DNA from: Candidatus Omnitrophota bacterium
GTDB taxonomy: Bacteria; Omnitrophota; Gorgyraeia; 2-01-FULL-45-10
NCBI GenBank assembly: GCA_028699255.1
Contig: JAQVUX010000001.1
Span: 60,084 to 124,083 of the forward strand
Direction: 5' to 3'
DNA length: 64,000 bases
Notes under the pieces: generated by a model
What the model was told of the DNA's origin: nothing
Seen by the model: only the letters and a program-made list of their open reading frames with translations
The model's database searches: none
Program-made: the position numbers and the translations under genes
Shown here: positions 9,704-19,295 of the stretch, one piece after another
How positions within the stretch are numbered: position 1 is the first letter of the stretch
Layout of the letters: the number at the start of each line of letters is the position of its first letter

Positions 9704-11032
9704 ATGCAGGAAAATCAGAAGCAAGATACGATGGAGAAGATAGTCTCGCTTTGCAAGAGGCGCGGATTTATATTCCAATCGAGCGAAATATACGGCGGCC
9801 TGGCAAGCACCTGGGATTACGGTTCTCTGGGAGCCGAGCTTAAACGGAACCTGAAGAATGCCTGGTGGGCTTCCAATGTTTATGGCCGTGACGATATCGA
9901 GGGGCTGGATGCCTCGATCCTCATGCGCCCTGAAACGTGGATGGCTTCCGGCCACATTACCAGTTTCGAAGACACTCTAGTCGATTGTAAATCCTGCAAG
10001 AAACGGTTCAAGGTCGAACATGTAACGGGCAAGATTTGCCCCGAATGCGGCGGAGCTCTCACCGAGGCGCGCCAGTTCAACCTTATGCTTAAAACCCATC
10101 TCGGCCCGGTCGAGGATTCCGGCAGTCTTACCTACCTGCGACCGGAAACCGCCCAGGGCATATTCGTGAATTTCCAGAACGTCATAACATCGATGCGTCG
10201 CAAGCTTCCGTTCGGCATAGCCCAGGTTGGCAAATCATTCCGCAATGAAGTAACCACAGGCAATCTTACATTCCGTTCCCGCGAATTCGAGCAGATGGAG
10301 ATAGAGTTTTTTGTTAAGCCCGGTACGGATGAAGAGTGGTATGAGAAGTGGGTAGAGGAAAGGTTTAAGTGGTATATCGATCTGGGCATCAAAAAAGAGA
10401 ATCTGCAAAAGAGGGCGCATGAAAAGACGGAGCTCGCCCACTACGCGAAAGCTTGCACGGATATCGAATATAAGTTCCCGTTCGGATGGTCAGAATTAGA
10501 GGGCATAGCCAACAGAACCGATTTCGATCTAAAACAGCACATGCGTTTAAGCGGGAAAGACCTCCAGTATTTTGACGACGAATCTAAAGAAAAATATATT
10601 CCTTATGTTATCGAGCCTTCAGGCGGTGTAGATAGGTCGATATTGGCTTTTCTCACCGATTCATATAAAGAAGAAGAGGTGAAGGGCGAGAAACGCGTTT
10701 CGCTTGCTCTTGATAAACGGTTGGCGCCTATCAAAGTCGCGATATTACCTTTATTAAGGAACCGGCCGGAGATCGTGAAGCTGGCAAAAGATATTTTACA
10801 GAGCCTTAAGGCGTGCCCGGCGCTCGGCGGAAAAGTTATGTACGACGATACGGCTTCCATAGGCCGGTTATATCGCAGGCAGGACGAGGTTGGAACGCCA
10901 TTTTGTATAACTGTCGATGTAGACAGTTTGAGCGACAGGAAGGTGACTGTTCGCGATAGAGATTCTATGAAACAGGATAGGGTTGGGGTTGATAAGGTGG
11001 AAGAATACCTTGTCGGGAAATTTAAACGATAG
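9704..11032 (+). CDS. glyQS: glycyl-tRNA synthetase (single-chain, class II dimeric type)
   Basis: MQENQ...GGLASTWDYGSLG and an insertion zinc-ribbon-like CxxC...CxxC are typical of alpha2 GlyRS. The ORF track starts at 9665, but the ATG at 9704 is preferred. Confidence 0.9.
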   Translation: MQENQKQDTMEKIVSLCKRRGFIFQSSEIYGGLASTWDYGSLGAELKRNLKNAWWASNVYGRDDIEGLDASILMRPETWMASGHITSFEDTLVDCKSCKKRFKVEHVTGKICPECGGALTEARQFNLMLKTHLGPVEDSGSLTYLRPETAQGIFVNFQNVITSMRRKLPFGIAQVGKSFRNEVTTGNLTFRSREFEQMEIEFFVKPGTDEEWYEKWVEERFKWYIDLGIKKENLQKRAHEKTELAHYAKACTDIEYKFPFGWSELEGIANRTDFDLKQHMRLSGKDLQYFDDESKEKYIPYVIEPSGGVDRSILAFLTDSYKEEEVKGEKRVSLALDKRLAPIKVAILPLLRNRPEIVKLAKDILQSLKACPALGGKVMYDDTASIGRLYRRQDEVGTPFCITVDVDSLSDRKVTVRDRDSMKQDRVGVDKVEEYLVGKFKR

Positions 11033-11058
11033 ATTAAGGAAAGGAAGGTTGGGGTACG

Positions 11059-13809
11059 ATGGGCGGTAAAAGTAAAAAGTATGTTTACTTCTTTGGCGGC
11101 GGCAAGGCCGATGGTAATGAATCAATGAAAAACCTCCTCGGAGGCAAAGGCGCAAATCTGGCCGAAATGGCAGGGCATCCTAAATTGAGATTGCCTGTGC
11201 CGCCCGGCTTTACAATAACTACCGAAGTTTGCAATTATTTTTACGAAAATAAACGCAAATATCCATCTGAGCTCAAGGCGCAGGTAACCACAGCCATGGA
11301 GAAGGTCGAAAAAATAATGGGGAAAAAGTTCGGTGATGCTTCAAACCCGCTCCTCGTTTCAGTGCGCTCCGGAGCGCGCAAGTCCATGCCGGGCATGATG
11401 GAAACTGTTTTAAACGTAGGACTGACCGAAAAGACGATAGCGGGTTTGATAAAGCAGACCGGTAACGAGCGTTTCGCTTACGATGCGTATCGCAGGCTCA
11501 TCATGATGTATTCCGACGTAGTTATGGAAAAAGCCGCCGGCATTGAGCCTAAAGGCGGTAAGGGTATACGCAAAGTCCTCGACGAGATGCTTGATCAGGT
11601 TAAGCATTCTAAAGGATATAAAATCGACACAGACCTTACAGCCGCGGATCTTAAAACACTTGTGACGGATTTCAAGAAGAAGGTTAAAGAGGTTCTGGGC
11701 AGGCCATTCCCCGACGATGCCGAGGAGCAGATATGGGGCGGTATCGGCGCTGTGTTCGCCAGTTGGAACGGCAAGCGCGCATTCGAATACCGTCGCATCG
11801 AGAGGATACCTGATGAGTGGGGCACGGCTGTGACTGTGCAGACGATGGTGTTTGGTAATATGGGCGATGACTGCGCGACGGGTGTGGCGTTTAGCCGCAA
11901 TCCCGGTAACGGTGAAAACCAGTTCTACGGCGAGTATCTCGTAAACGCTCAGGGCGAGGACGTCGTCGCCGGTATCAGGACTCCGGGTCCGATCAACGAC
12001 TACTCCAAGAACGACCAGTCAAAGACTATGCCGACACTCTCGAAGATAATGCCTACGATATATAAAGAACTCGACAGCATTAAAACCCGTCTCGAGAATC
12101 ACTACAAAGACATGCAGGACATCGAGTTTACCATCGAAAAAGGTAAGCTATTCATGTTGCAGTGCCGTGTCGGAAAACGTAACGGTGTTGCCGCAGTGCG
12201 CATGGCGGTCGATATGTACAAAGATAAATTTATTAATGCTGAGACGGCTGTTATGCGTGTAGGGCCGAATCAGCTCGTCGAGCTACTTCTCCCGATGCTG
12301 GATCCCAAAGCCGAAATGGCGACGATTGCGATGGCTAAAGGTCTTCCTGCCGGCCCGGGCGGCGCTATAGGCCGGGCTGTGTTTACATCGAAAGATGCCG
12401 TCGAGTGGGCCTCGCGTGGTGAGAAGGTAATACTCGTCCGCGAAGAGACATCTCCGGAAGACGTCGATGGTATGCACAAAGCTCAGGCGATACTTACCTG
12501 CAAAGGCGGGATGACATCTCACGCGGCTTTAGTCGCGCGCGGATGGGGTAAGTGTTGCATAGTCGGATGCTCGGATATAGAGATAGGCGATGACAATAAG
12601 TCATTTCAGACTAAGAAGGGCAATACGATTAAAGAAGGCGACTGGATAAGCCTTAACGGTACGAAGGGGCTTGTTTTTCAAGGTAAATTACCGCTCGTGG
12701 ATGTTAACGTCGAGCATAATAAATCCTACACGGAACTTATGAAGCTCGTCGATAAAGTGCGCGTCCTGAAAGTCCGTACGAACGCGGATACGCCGAAAGA
12801 CGCCGCGCAAGCCATGAAGTTCGGGGCCGAGGGTATAGGCCTTTTCCGTACAGAGCACATGTTCTACGGGGAAGGCGCTGACAAGCCACTTTTCCTTCTA
12901 CGCAAGATGATCATGTCGAAGAGTGAGGCGGAACGCCGTAAAGCGCTCGCGGAATTATTCCCGTTCGTTAAGAACGATGTCAAAGCGACCCTCGAGGCGA
13001 TGAAGGGTTACCCTGTTACGATACGCCTTCTGGACCCGCCGCTTCACGAGTTCGTTCCTCATAGCGAGGATAAATTGGAAGCGCTCGCAAAAGAACTGAA
13101 TGTCGATATGAGCGAGCTCAACAAGCGCGCCGAATCGTTACGCGAAAATAATCCCATGCTCGGCCATCGCGGGGTGCGTCTCGGTATTACGTATCCTGAG
13201 ATCACCGAGATGCAGGTTCGCGCTATCCTTGAGGCGACGGCAGAGCTTATTAAGGAAGGTAAAAAAGCGGATCCGGAAATAATGATCCCCGTAACATGCG
13301 CCAAGACCGAACTTGACAATCAGAAAGCGATTGTTGAAAGGGTTCATAAAGAGGTAATGGCAAAGTTCGGTTTAAAGAAACTGCCATATATGTTCGGAAC
13401 GATGATAGAGATACCCAGGGCGGCATTGCAGGCTGGTAAGATGGCCGAGACCGCGGAGTTCTTCTCGTTCGGCACCAACGACCTTACACAGATGACGTTC
13501 GGATTCAGCCGTGACGACATTGGTAGCTTCCTGCCGGATTATTTAAGCTCAAAGCTGTTGCCTGCCGATCCGTTTCAGACGATCGACCAGGACGGTGTGG
13601 GCGAGCTTATAAAGTTCGGCATAGATCGCGGCCGTATGACGCGTAAGGGTCTAAAAGTAGGTATTTGCGGCGAGCATGGTGGTGACGCGGAGAGCGTGAA
13701 GTTCTGCCATCGCGTTGGTATGAATTACGTCAGCTGTTCGCCATTCCGCGTGCCGATATCGCGTCTGGCGGCGGCCCAGGCGGCGGTGGAAGACAAAAAG
13801 AAAAAATAA
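11059..13809 (+). CDS. ppdK: pyruvate, phosphate dikinase
   Basis: The 916-aa product shows the PEP-utilising enzyme organisation: an N-terminal ATP-grasp, a mobile phosphohistidine domain ([16 protein letters not shown]) and a C-terminal TIM barrel. Confidence 0.93.
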   Translation: MGGKSKKYVYFFGGGKADGNESMKNLLGGKGANLAEMAGHPKLRLPVPPGFTITTEVCNYFYENKRKYPSELKAQVTTAMEKVEKIMGKKFGDASNPLLVSVRSGARKSMPGMMETVLNVGLTEKTIAGLIKQTGNERFAYDAYRRLIMMYSDVVMEKAAGIEPKGGKGIRKVLDEMLDQVKHSKGYKIDTDLTAADLKTLVTDFKKKVKEVLGRPFPDDAEEQIWGGIGAVFASWNGKRAFEYRRIERIPDEWGTAVTVQTMVFGNMGDDCATGVAFSRNPGNGENQFYGEYLVNAQGEDVVAGIRTPGPINDYSKNDQSKTMPTLSKIMPTIYKELDSIKTRLENHYKDMQDIEFTIEKGKLFMLQCRVGKRNGVAAVRMAVDMYKDKFINAETAVMRVGPNQLVELLLPMLDPKAEMATIAMAKGLPAGPGGAIGRAVFTSKDAVEWASRGEKVILVREETSPEDVDGMHKAQAILTCKGGMTSHAALVARGWGKCCIVGCSDIEIGDDNKSFQTKKGNTIKEGDWISLNGTKGLVFQGKLPLVDVNVEHNKSYTELMKLVDKVRVLKVRTNADTPKDAAQAMKFGAEGIGLFRTEHMFYGEGADKPLFLLRKMIMSKSEAERRKALAELFPFVKNDVKATLEAMKGYPVTIRLLDPPLHEFVPHSEDKLEALAKELNVDMSELNKRAESLRENNPMLGHRGVRLGITYPEITEMQVRAILEATAELIKEGKKADPEIMIPVTCAKTELDNQKAIVERVHKEVMAKFGLKKLPYMFGTMIEIPRAALQAGKMAETAEFFSFGTNDLTQMTFGFSRDDIGSFLPDYLSSKLLPADPFQTIDQDGVGELIKFGIDRGRMTRKGLKVGICGEHGGDAESVKFCHRVGMNYVSCSPFRVPISRLAAAQAAVEDKKKK

Positions 13810-13810
13810 T

Positions 13811-14638
13811 ATGGATGCGATACGGTTATACCTGAAGGACATAAAGAAACTGCCGCTCCTTACTGCCGAGGAAGAGATAACTCTCGCCAATAAGATAAAG
13901 AGAGGGGACAAAGCCGCCCGGGCCAAGATGATACAATCCAACCTGCGGCTTGTCATCAATATCGCCAAGAAGTATTCACACCTCGGCGTGTCGATGCTCG
14001 ACCTGATCGAAGAAGGCAATATGGGGCTCATGAAGGCGGTCGAGAAGTTCAACCCCAAAAAGGGCTACAGATTCTCGACCTACGCGGCCTGGTGGATCCG
14101 CCAGTATATTTCACGGGCCATCGCGAATCAGGGCAAGACTGTGCGCATGCCGGTTTATATAATCGAACTTCTGATGCGTTTCAAAAAGATACAGGATCAT
14201 CTGACTAATTCCTTAAAAAGAAAACCGCGCCTTAATGAGATCGCGAAGAAGATGGGCCTTCCTATGAAGCGCGCCAAACAGCTCCACAAGATGGTATCCG
14301 GCACGTCGAGCCTTAACGCGCCGGTAGGCGAAGAGGGATCTACAGAGTTTCTTGATCTGATCGAAGATGAGAATATGGTCTCCGCGGTTGACGAGCTGTC
14401 GAACTTCCTGACACAGGAGAGGATAAATCTCCTTCTCGAGAAGATGTCGAAGAGAGAGCAAAAGATACTCTCCCTCCGGTTCGGGCTTAAAGACGGAGTT
14501 TCTCACACTCTGCGCGATACCGCGAAACACTTCGGTATTACGCGCGAACGGGTGCGGCAGATCGAGTCGGCCGCGATGCGCAAGATGCGCGAGATGATGC
14601 TTCAGCAGGAGCGCGAGGCCGTCCTGAAACGCGGGTGA
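13811..14638 (+). CDS. RNA polymerase sigma factor, sigma-70 family (regions 1.2-4, 275 aa; RpoD/RpoS-like group)
   Basis: The region 2 signature is [40 protein letters not shown], and a region 4 HTH is [19 protein letters not shown]. The product is short for a group-1 RpoD because it lacks region 1.1 and the non-conserved region. Confidence 0.85.
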   Translation: MDAIRLYLKDIKKLPLLTAEEEITLANKIKRGDKAARAKMIQSNLRLVINIAKKYSHLGVSMLDLIEEGNMGLMKAVEKFNPKKGYRFSTYAAWWIRQYISRAIANQGKTVRMPVYIIELLMRFKKIQDHLTNSLKRKPRLNEIAKKMGLPMKRAKQLHKMVSGTSSLNAPVGEEGSTEFLDLIEDENMVSAVDELSNFLTQERINLLLEKMSKREQKILSLRFGLKDGVSHTLRDTAKHFGITRERVRQIESAAMRKMREMMLQQEREAVLKRG

Positions 14639-14652
14639 GCGAAAGGGGTTAC

Positions 14653-15180
14653 TCGATGAACGAGCTTAAGTCAGCGATCCGTGACATCCCGGGATTTCCG
14701 AAAGAAGGCGTTATATTTAAAGACATAACCACCCTTCTTAAAGATAAAGAAAAGTTTCGACAGACTATCGATCTCTTTGCGGAAAAATTGAAAGGTAAAA
14801 AGATCGATGCCGTTGTCAGCATCGAAGCCCGGGGTTTTATCTTCGGTGCCGCCCTTGCCTATAAACTCGGTGCCGGGATTATCCCGGTAAGAAAAAAGGG
14901 GAAACTACCGTATAAAACCTATTCAGTTACCTACCAACTAGAATATGGCAATGATACTCTCGAGATACATCAGGATGCGTTTAAAAAAGGTGATAGCGTA
15001 CTGATAATCGACGATCTGCTCGCCACAGGCGGTACCTGTAAAGCCGTTATAGGGCTTGTCGAGAAGATGGGCGGCAAGATCGCCGGCATAGCTTTCCTCA
15101 TAGAACTGACAGCGTTAAAGGGGCGCGAGAAGTTCAAAGGCTACGATATCATAACTCTCATCCAGGACGAATATTGTTAA
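14653..15180 (+). CDS. apt: adenine phosphoribosyltransferase
   Basis: The PRPP-binding motif [13 protein letters not shown] and the [12 protein letters not shown] box are present. The ORF track begins at 14635 on an alternative start, but the ATG at 14653 is more likely. Confidence 0.88.
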   Translation, partial: SMNELKSAIRDIPGFPKEGVIFKDITTLLKDKEKFRQTIDLFAEKLKGKKIDAVVSIEARGFIFGAALAYKLGAGIIPVRKKGKLPYKTYSVTYQLEYGNDTLEIHQDAFKKGDSVLIIDDLLATGGTCKAVIGLVEKMGGKIAGIAFLIELTALKGREKFKGYDIITLIQDEYC

Positions 15181-15223
15181 TCGACCAACCTCTCCGAATT
15201 AAATAAAATTTTATGTTTTCGAT

Positions 15224-15252
15224 TTGACGCTTAATGATTATTCAGGTATACT
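15224..15252 (+). promoter_or_regulatory. sigma-70-type promoter, TTGACG-17-TATACT, upstream of the FadL-like outer-membrane protein gene
   Basis: Both hexamers are read directly with 17-nt spacing, in AT-rich intergenic DNA about 55 nt upstream of the ATG at 15308. Confidence 0.55.
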
Positions 15253-15307
15253 TATGCAAAACTAAAGTTAAATAGTGAAGGCTATTTAAAGAAAGGACGT
15301 CAAGAAA

Positions 15308-16564
15308 ATGGCTGTACAGAAAATGCGGAAAAGTTTTGCGGCTATACTTATATTATTTGCGGTTTGTTTGATTTTGAGTACGCCTGCTTATGCCACAAAC
15401 GGAATTCGGGAGCTTGGATTTAGTTCCCGAGATTCGGCCATGGCTGGCGCTACTACGGCTTCACCGGAAGACACCTCCTGTCTTGTGCGTAACCCCGCTG
15501 GACTTGTGTGGTTAGGAAACAGGATCGACTTGAACTATCAAAATATATTCCCTCATGATGTCACAATGCGCACCGACGGTCCTGCCGGAGGCCTTGCTAA
15601 TCGCGGCTTATCCCAAAAGAGTAATATAGATTATTTACCAGGAGGCAATGCAGGCGTAAGTTACCGTATCCCGGGAACAGATAAATATCCTATATCGGTA
15701 GGTTGCGGAGTTTTCACAATGTCTGGCGTGGCATTGAATTTCCCCTCATCGCGGATTTTAAGCGCCCTGACCGGCGATTATGACAAAATGATGGACTTGA
15801 GAAGCATGCGCATCGCGCCTGGTATAGCGGTTGCATTTAACGATAAGTTTTCTTTCGGCGCGACCGGCAATATAGGGTTGCAGGGATTGCGAACAAATAT
15901 GGCGACATCAACTTTTAATGGAGCGCAATATCCGGAAACTGCCGGAGCCGGGGATTGGGATTTCGCGCCGGGTGCGGGGTTTACGGTCGGCCTCCTGTAT
16001 AAATTCAACGAGATGCTAAATGTTGGCGCTTCATACGAAAGCCATGGATGGTTCGGCTATCATCATAAGTACAAGGACGCTCTGCCGTTCATAGATGAGC
16101 CTCCGATAATAAACGTTGGATTGTCATTTAAACCTACAAAAAATGTCGAGCTTACCTATGATACACGGTATATCAATTGGACGAACGTGAAGACTGCGGA
16201 AAGGTCGCCGATAGAAGGCGGCTTCGGCTGGAAGGACCAATGGGTTTTCGCCGTAGGCGGTGAATATACCTATAAAGAGAAACTTAAACTACGTCTCGGT
16301 TATAATTACGGTAAATCGCCTATCCGATCGAAAGTTGTATTCGCAAACGCGCTTTTGTCCGCCGCAACCATGGAACATCATGTTACTACGGGTTGCTCTT
16401 ATCTTTTTACGAAAAACTTGTCATGCGACTTAACGTGGGAACATCATTTTATGGGCGTTATGGCAGATGATGGCGCGGGGGACACATATAGTATTAATGG
16501 TTCAGGTACGAAAATAACCGCCGCCGCGGATATCATAAGCATAGGATTAGGATATAAGTTTTAG
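15308..16564 (+). CDS. outer membrane transport protein, FadL/TodX (OMPP1) family beta-barrel
   Basis: It has a signal peptide (AYA/TNG), the family N-terminal box (SAMAGATTASPEDTSCLVRNPAGL) and a C-terminal GYKF ending in Phe. This OM-barrel gene is one reason to think the organism is diderm. Confidence 0.75.
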   Translation: MAVQKMRKSFAAILILFAVCLILSTPAYATNGIRELGFSSRDSAMAGATTASPEDTSCLVRNPAGLVWLGNRIDLNYQNIFPHDVTMRTDGPAGGLANRGLSQKSNIDYLPGGNAGVSYRIPGTDKYPISVGCGVFTMSGVALNFPSSRILSALTGDYDKMMDLRSMRIAPGIAVAFNDKFSFGATGNIGLQGLRTNMATSTFNGAQYPETAGAGDWDFAPGAGFTVGLLYKFNEMLNVGASYESHGWFGYHHKYKDALPFIDEPPIINVGLSFKPTKNVELTYDTRYINWTNVKTAERSPIEGGFGWKDQWVFAVGGEYTYKEKLKLRLGYNYGKSPIRSKVVFANALLSAATMEHHVTTGCSYLFTKNLSCDLTWEHHFMGVMADDGAGDTYSINGSGTKITAAADIISIGLGYKF

Positions 16565-16587
16565 CAGGCGTAAAGTTTTATTAAAAA

Positions 16588-16619
16588 AACACCCGCAATT
16601 AAACGCGGGTGTTTTTTTA
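16588..16619. terminator. bidirectional rho-independent terminator (A7 - CACCCGC loop GCGGGTG - T7)
   Basis: A perfect 7-bp GC-rich stem is flanked by an A-run upstream and a T-run downstream. It sits between the fadL-like stop and the 3' end of the minus-strand tRNA. Confidence 0.75.
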
Positions 16620-16696
16620 TGGCGCCCCTGGCCCGAGTTGAACGGGCGACACCAGGTTTAGGAAACCTGTGCTCTATCCATCTGAGCTACAGGGGC
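16620..16696 (-). tRNA. tRNA-Arg (anticodon CCT), 77 nt, with encoded CCA
   Basis: I folded it manually. It has a 7-bp acceptor stem (GCCCCTG/CAGGGGC), a D-arm GCTC-AGATGGATA-GAGC, an anticodon stem CAGGT/ACCTG with loop TTCCTAA, a T-arm GCCCG-TTCAACT-CGGGC, and discriminator G followed by CCA. Confidence 0.85.
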
Positions 16697-16748
16697 ACTG
16701 AATTAAATTGAGCTACTCTATTACTGCACTGGATGCTCGCTACGCTCG

Positions 16749-16771
16749 CTATCCATCTGAGCTACAGGGGC
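16749..16771 (-). repeat. 23-nt direct duplicate of the 5' end (acceptor plus D-arm) of the adjacent tRNA-Arg; a tRNA gene fragment
   Basis: The string ctatccatctgagctacaggggc is present at 16674-16696 (inside the tRNA) and again at 16749-16771. A further mini-fragment, gagctac, lies at about 16713. Confidence 0.8.
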
Positions 16772-16849
16772 GTAATGAAAAGTGAAGAGATTATAACAAG
16801 AAAGAAAAATTCTTGCAATGAAAACTTGTTATATGTAATAATATAATCC

Positions 16850-17506
16850 ATGATCGATCTTCACACACATACGTTATTTTCTGATGGCGAATTATTGCCG
16901 AGTGAACTGGTCCGGCGTGCCGAGGTAAAGGGTTATACGGCTATCGCCTTGACAGACCATGTCGATTCATCCAATATCGATTTTGTTCTGCCCCGTATCG
17001 TCAAGGTTTGTAAGGTTTTAAACCGCTTCTGGAAGATACGCGCAATTCCTGGAGTTGAGATAACGCACGTGCCTGTTCAGGAGATAGGGGGGCTTGTGCG
17101 CTTCGCCAGAAAAAATGGGGCCAAGGTAGTGATCGTTCACGGAGAAACCATAGCAGAGCCCGTAATACCCGGAACGAATAGGGCCGCGATCGAGGCGGGA
17201 TGCGACATACTGGCGCACCCGGGACTGATCACTCAAAAGGATGTTGAACTTGCCGCGAAGCGCGGGGTATGCCTGGAAATAACTACACGCAAAACTCATT
17301 GCAGAACAAATAGGCGCCTGTTCAATTTGGCAAAAAAGTCCGGTACGAGTTTGGTTCTTAACAACGATGCTCATAACGATTCTGATCAGGTTACGGAGGC
17401 GCAAGCTAAGCGTATTTTAATAGCCATTGGAATGTCGCAACATGATATACAACAGGTATTTATGAATTCACAGGATATAGTGAAAAGAGTGGTTAGGAAT
17501 AAATAG
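16850..17506 (+). CDS. PHP-domain metal-dependent phosphoesterase (histidinol-phosphatase-like family)
   Basis: The N-terminal MIDLHTHTLFSDG and an ALTDH box are typical of PHP-family phosphoesterases. The product is 218 aa. Confidence 0.7.
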   Translation: MIDLHTHTLFSDGELLPSELVRRAEVKGYTAIALTDHVDSSNIDFVLPRIVKVCKVLNRFWKIRAIPGVEITHVPVQEIGGLVRFARKNGAKVVIVHGETIAEPVIPGTNRAAIEAGCDILAHPGLITQKDVELAAKRGVCLEITTRKTHCRTNRRLFNLAKKSGTSLVLNNDAHNDSDQVTEAQAKRILIAIGMSQHDIQQVFMNSQDIVKRVVRNK

Positions 17507-17516
17507 TCAATTGCAC

Positions 17517-17544
17517 TTGACAAATATCTGTGCTGTGGTATACT
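17517..17544 (+). promoter_or_regulatory. sigma-70-type promoter, TTGACA-16-TATACT, about 220 nt upstream of the porin gene
   Basis: It is a near-consensus promoter. It is followed by a 220-nt AT-rich leader with two AGGAGG-like motifs before the ATG at 17765. Confidence 0.55.
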
Positions 17545-17764
17545 TTTTTAATAAAAAGTTAGTTGCGCCTATAACATCATAGATAACTTAAATCTTGGCA
17601 AAGGAGGAGGTGGTGAATTACTAAGCTGTAGGTTATCAAAACGTGATGATATAGATATAGTAATGATACATATATAGCGGGTCGAACAACTTGATAAACA
17701 TTGTGATAGAACGGCCCAAAATTTAAAATATATTTGTTCTGACAAATCCTTAAAAGGAGGAAGC

Positions 17765-19204
17765 ATGAAATTTTTAAGATTTCTTTGCGTTCTCGCGTTA
17801 GCGCTTTGCGTAACAGCAAACGTGTACGCCGAAACACAGAGCGTGAAGGTAAGCGGTGATCTCACCATGAGAGGTATTTACAGGAACGACTACAGCATGA
17901 TCAGCCAGGTTGAGAAATCGGCTTCTATTGATGGAACCGATAAGAGCTGGGCGATGACCGTTGCCGCAGTTGAGGTAGACGCTGATCTTACCGATAACGT
18001 CACTACCGTAATCCGCTTGCTGAACCAGAGAGACTGGAATGTTGCCTCTTCGGTAACGAGCACTACCACTACGGCGAATGAAGACGAGTTTGACGTAATG
18101 GTCGATCTAGCTTACGTGCAGTTGAAGAACTTCATCTATTCACCGCTCACGTTGACGATCGGCCGTCAGAACCTATGGTTCGGCCGTGGCTTTATCATCG
18201 GCGCTAATCAGCAGAACCCCGGTTCTGCCACTGCGACCGATTCGACGTTTGTTCCCGGCAATTTGTCAGCGCCGGAATATACCGCTATCAATTCATTTGA
18301 TGCGGTGAAAGCGGTATTGGATTACGACCCATGGACGATCACGGGCGTATATGCAATGATCGATGAAGGTTCGGTTTCTGTCCGTGATAACATTAACCTG
18401 TGGGGCGTTAACGTCGGCTATAAGTTCAATAAAATGAACGGTGAAGCCGAAGGTTATTGGTTCTATAAGACCGATCGCGGCACACTTATACCGAACAAGG
18501 ATCTTAAGGCAAACAGCAATGATGTCTACACGATAGGCGCAAGAGGAAGTTTCGATCCTATCAGCTGGGTAACGCTTGCCGGCGAAGGTGCTTGGCAGGG
18601 GGGTCAGTATATCGGCAACATTAACCAGGTTAATTCCAGAGCCCGCTCCGCGTTTGCTATGGATTTCAGCGGAGAGGTCAGGTATTTCACCGATAAATTC
18701 GCGTGGAAGCCGAAATTTGGCGTAGAGTATATTTATTATTCGGGCGATCCTAGTTCCGATAATACGCCGGAGCTTGCTGGTGGTCTTTATCGTGGTTGGG
18801 ATTCGATGTATCGCGGCAAGTTCGATTCCGCTATTCGTGAATTCGTAGGTAAGTTCTACGCGAGCACGAGATACCCGGTGAGAACGAACTACACGCAGGC
18901 AACTGCGGATGATTCGCGCACCAATCAGAGCCAGGTTATTTTCCTCGGTAGCATACAGCCGATGGATAGCCTGACGATAAAAGGTAACTACAACCTGTTC
19001 TGGAACCTGGAACAGTATGATCAAGCTGTTGACAAGAGCCAGGGCTTTGTCGGCCAGGAAATCGACTTACAGGCCAACTGGGATTACACAGAAGATGTCA
19101 GCTTCGGCTTACTCGCGGGATGGTTTATACCCGGCGATGTTTATTATGATGGTAAGTCCGCCGTAGCGACTGATCTCGTTGGGTCAGTGAAGGTAAGCTT
19201 CTAA
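17765..19204 (+). CDS. putative outer-membrane beta-barrel porin (479 aa, signal peptide, C-terminal Phe)
   Basis: The signal peptide is MKFLRFLCVLALALCVTANVYA/ET. The body shows alternating hydrophobic beta-strand periodicity and is rich in aromatic, Gly and Asn residues, with a terminal ...VKVSF. No specific family could be assigned by eye. Confidence 0.6.
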   Translation: MKFLRFLCVLALALCVTANVYAETQSVKVSGDLTMRGIYRNDYSMISQVEKSASIDGTDKSWAMTVAAVEVDADLTDNVTTVIRLLNQRDWNVASSVTSTTTTANEDEFDVMVDLAYVQLKNFIYSPLTLTIGRQNLWFGRGFIIGANQQNPGSATATDSTFVPGNLSAPEYTAINSFDAVKAVLDYDPWTITGVYAMIDEGSVSVRDNINLWGVNVGYKFNKMNGEAEGYWFYKTDRGTLIPNKDLKANSNDVYTIGARGSFDPISWVTLAGEGAWQGGQYIGNINQVNSRARSAFAMDFSGEVRYFTDKFAWKPKFGVEYIYYSGDPSSDNTPELAGGLYRGWDSMYRGKFDSAIREFVGKFYASTRYPVRTNYTQATADDSRTNQSQVIFLGSIQPMDSLTIKGNYNLFWNLEQYDQAVDKSQGFVGQEIDLQANWDYTEDVSFGLLAGWFIPGDVYYDGKSAVATDLVGSVKVSF

Positions 19205-19220
19205 GTAACACGATAGTAAA

Positions 19221-19256
19221 AAAGCCCCGCTCTTATATAAGAGCGGGGCTTTTTTG
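19221..19256 (+). terminator. rho-independent terminator (AGCCCCGCTCTT-atata-AGAGCGGGGCT followed by T5)
   Basis: A perfect 11-12 bp stem and a T-tract follow immediately after the porin stop codon. Confidence 0.8.
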
Positions 19257-19295
19257 TTGACTTTTTACCGGCGTCAAAATACAATACTACGATAT

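Noticed and set aside
13811-14638. Calling the sigma factor specifically rpoD, rpoS or rpoH
   Set aside because: The 275-aa length, with no region 1.1 and no RpoH box, does not allow a group assignment by eye. It is left as a sigma-70 family member.
16620-16850. Genomic island or prophage integrated at tRNA-Arg
   Set aside because: The duplicated tRNA segment is the 5' end rather than the 3' end, and lies only about 50 bp from the tRNA. No integrase or phage genes are adjacent, and the neighbouring PHP and porin genes look chromosomal.
18293-19024. 243-aa minus-strand ORF inside the porin gene
   Set aside because: It is entirely antisense to a well-supported signal-peptide-bearing porin ORF. 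It has no RBS or domain and has arbitrary composition, so it is a spurious antisense ORF.
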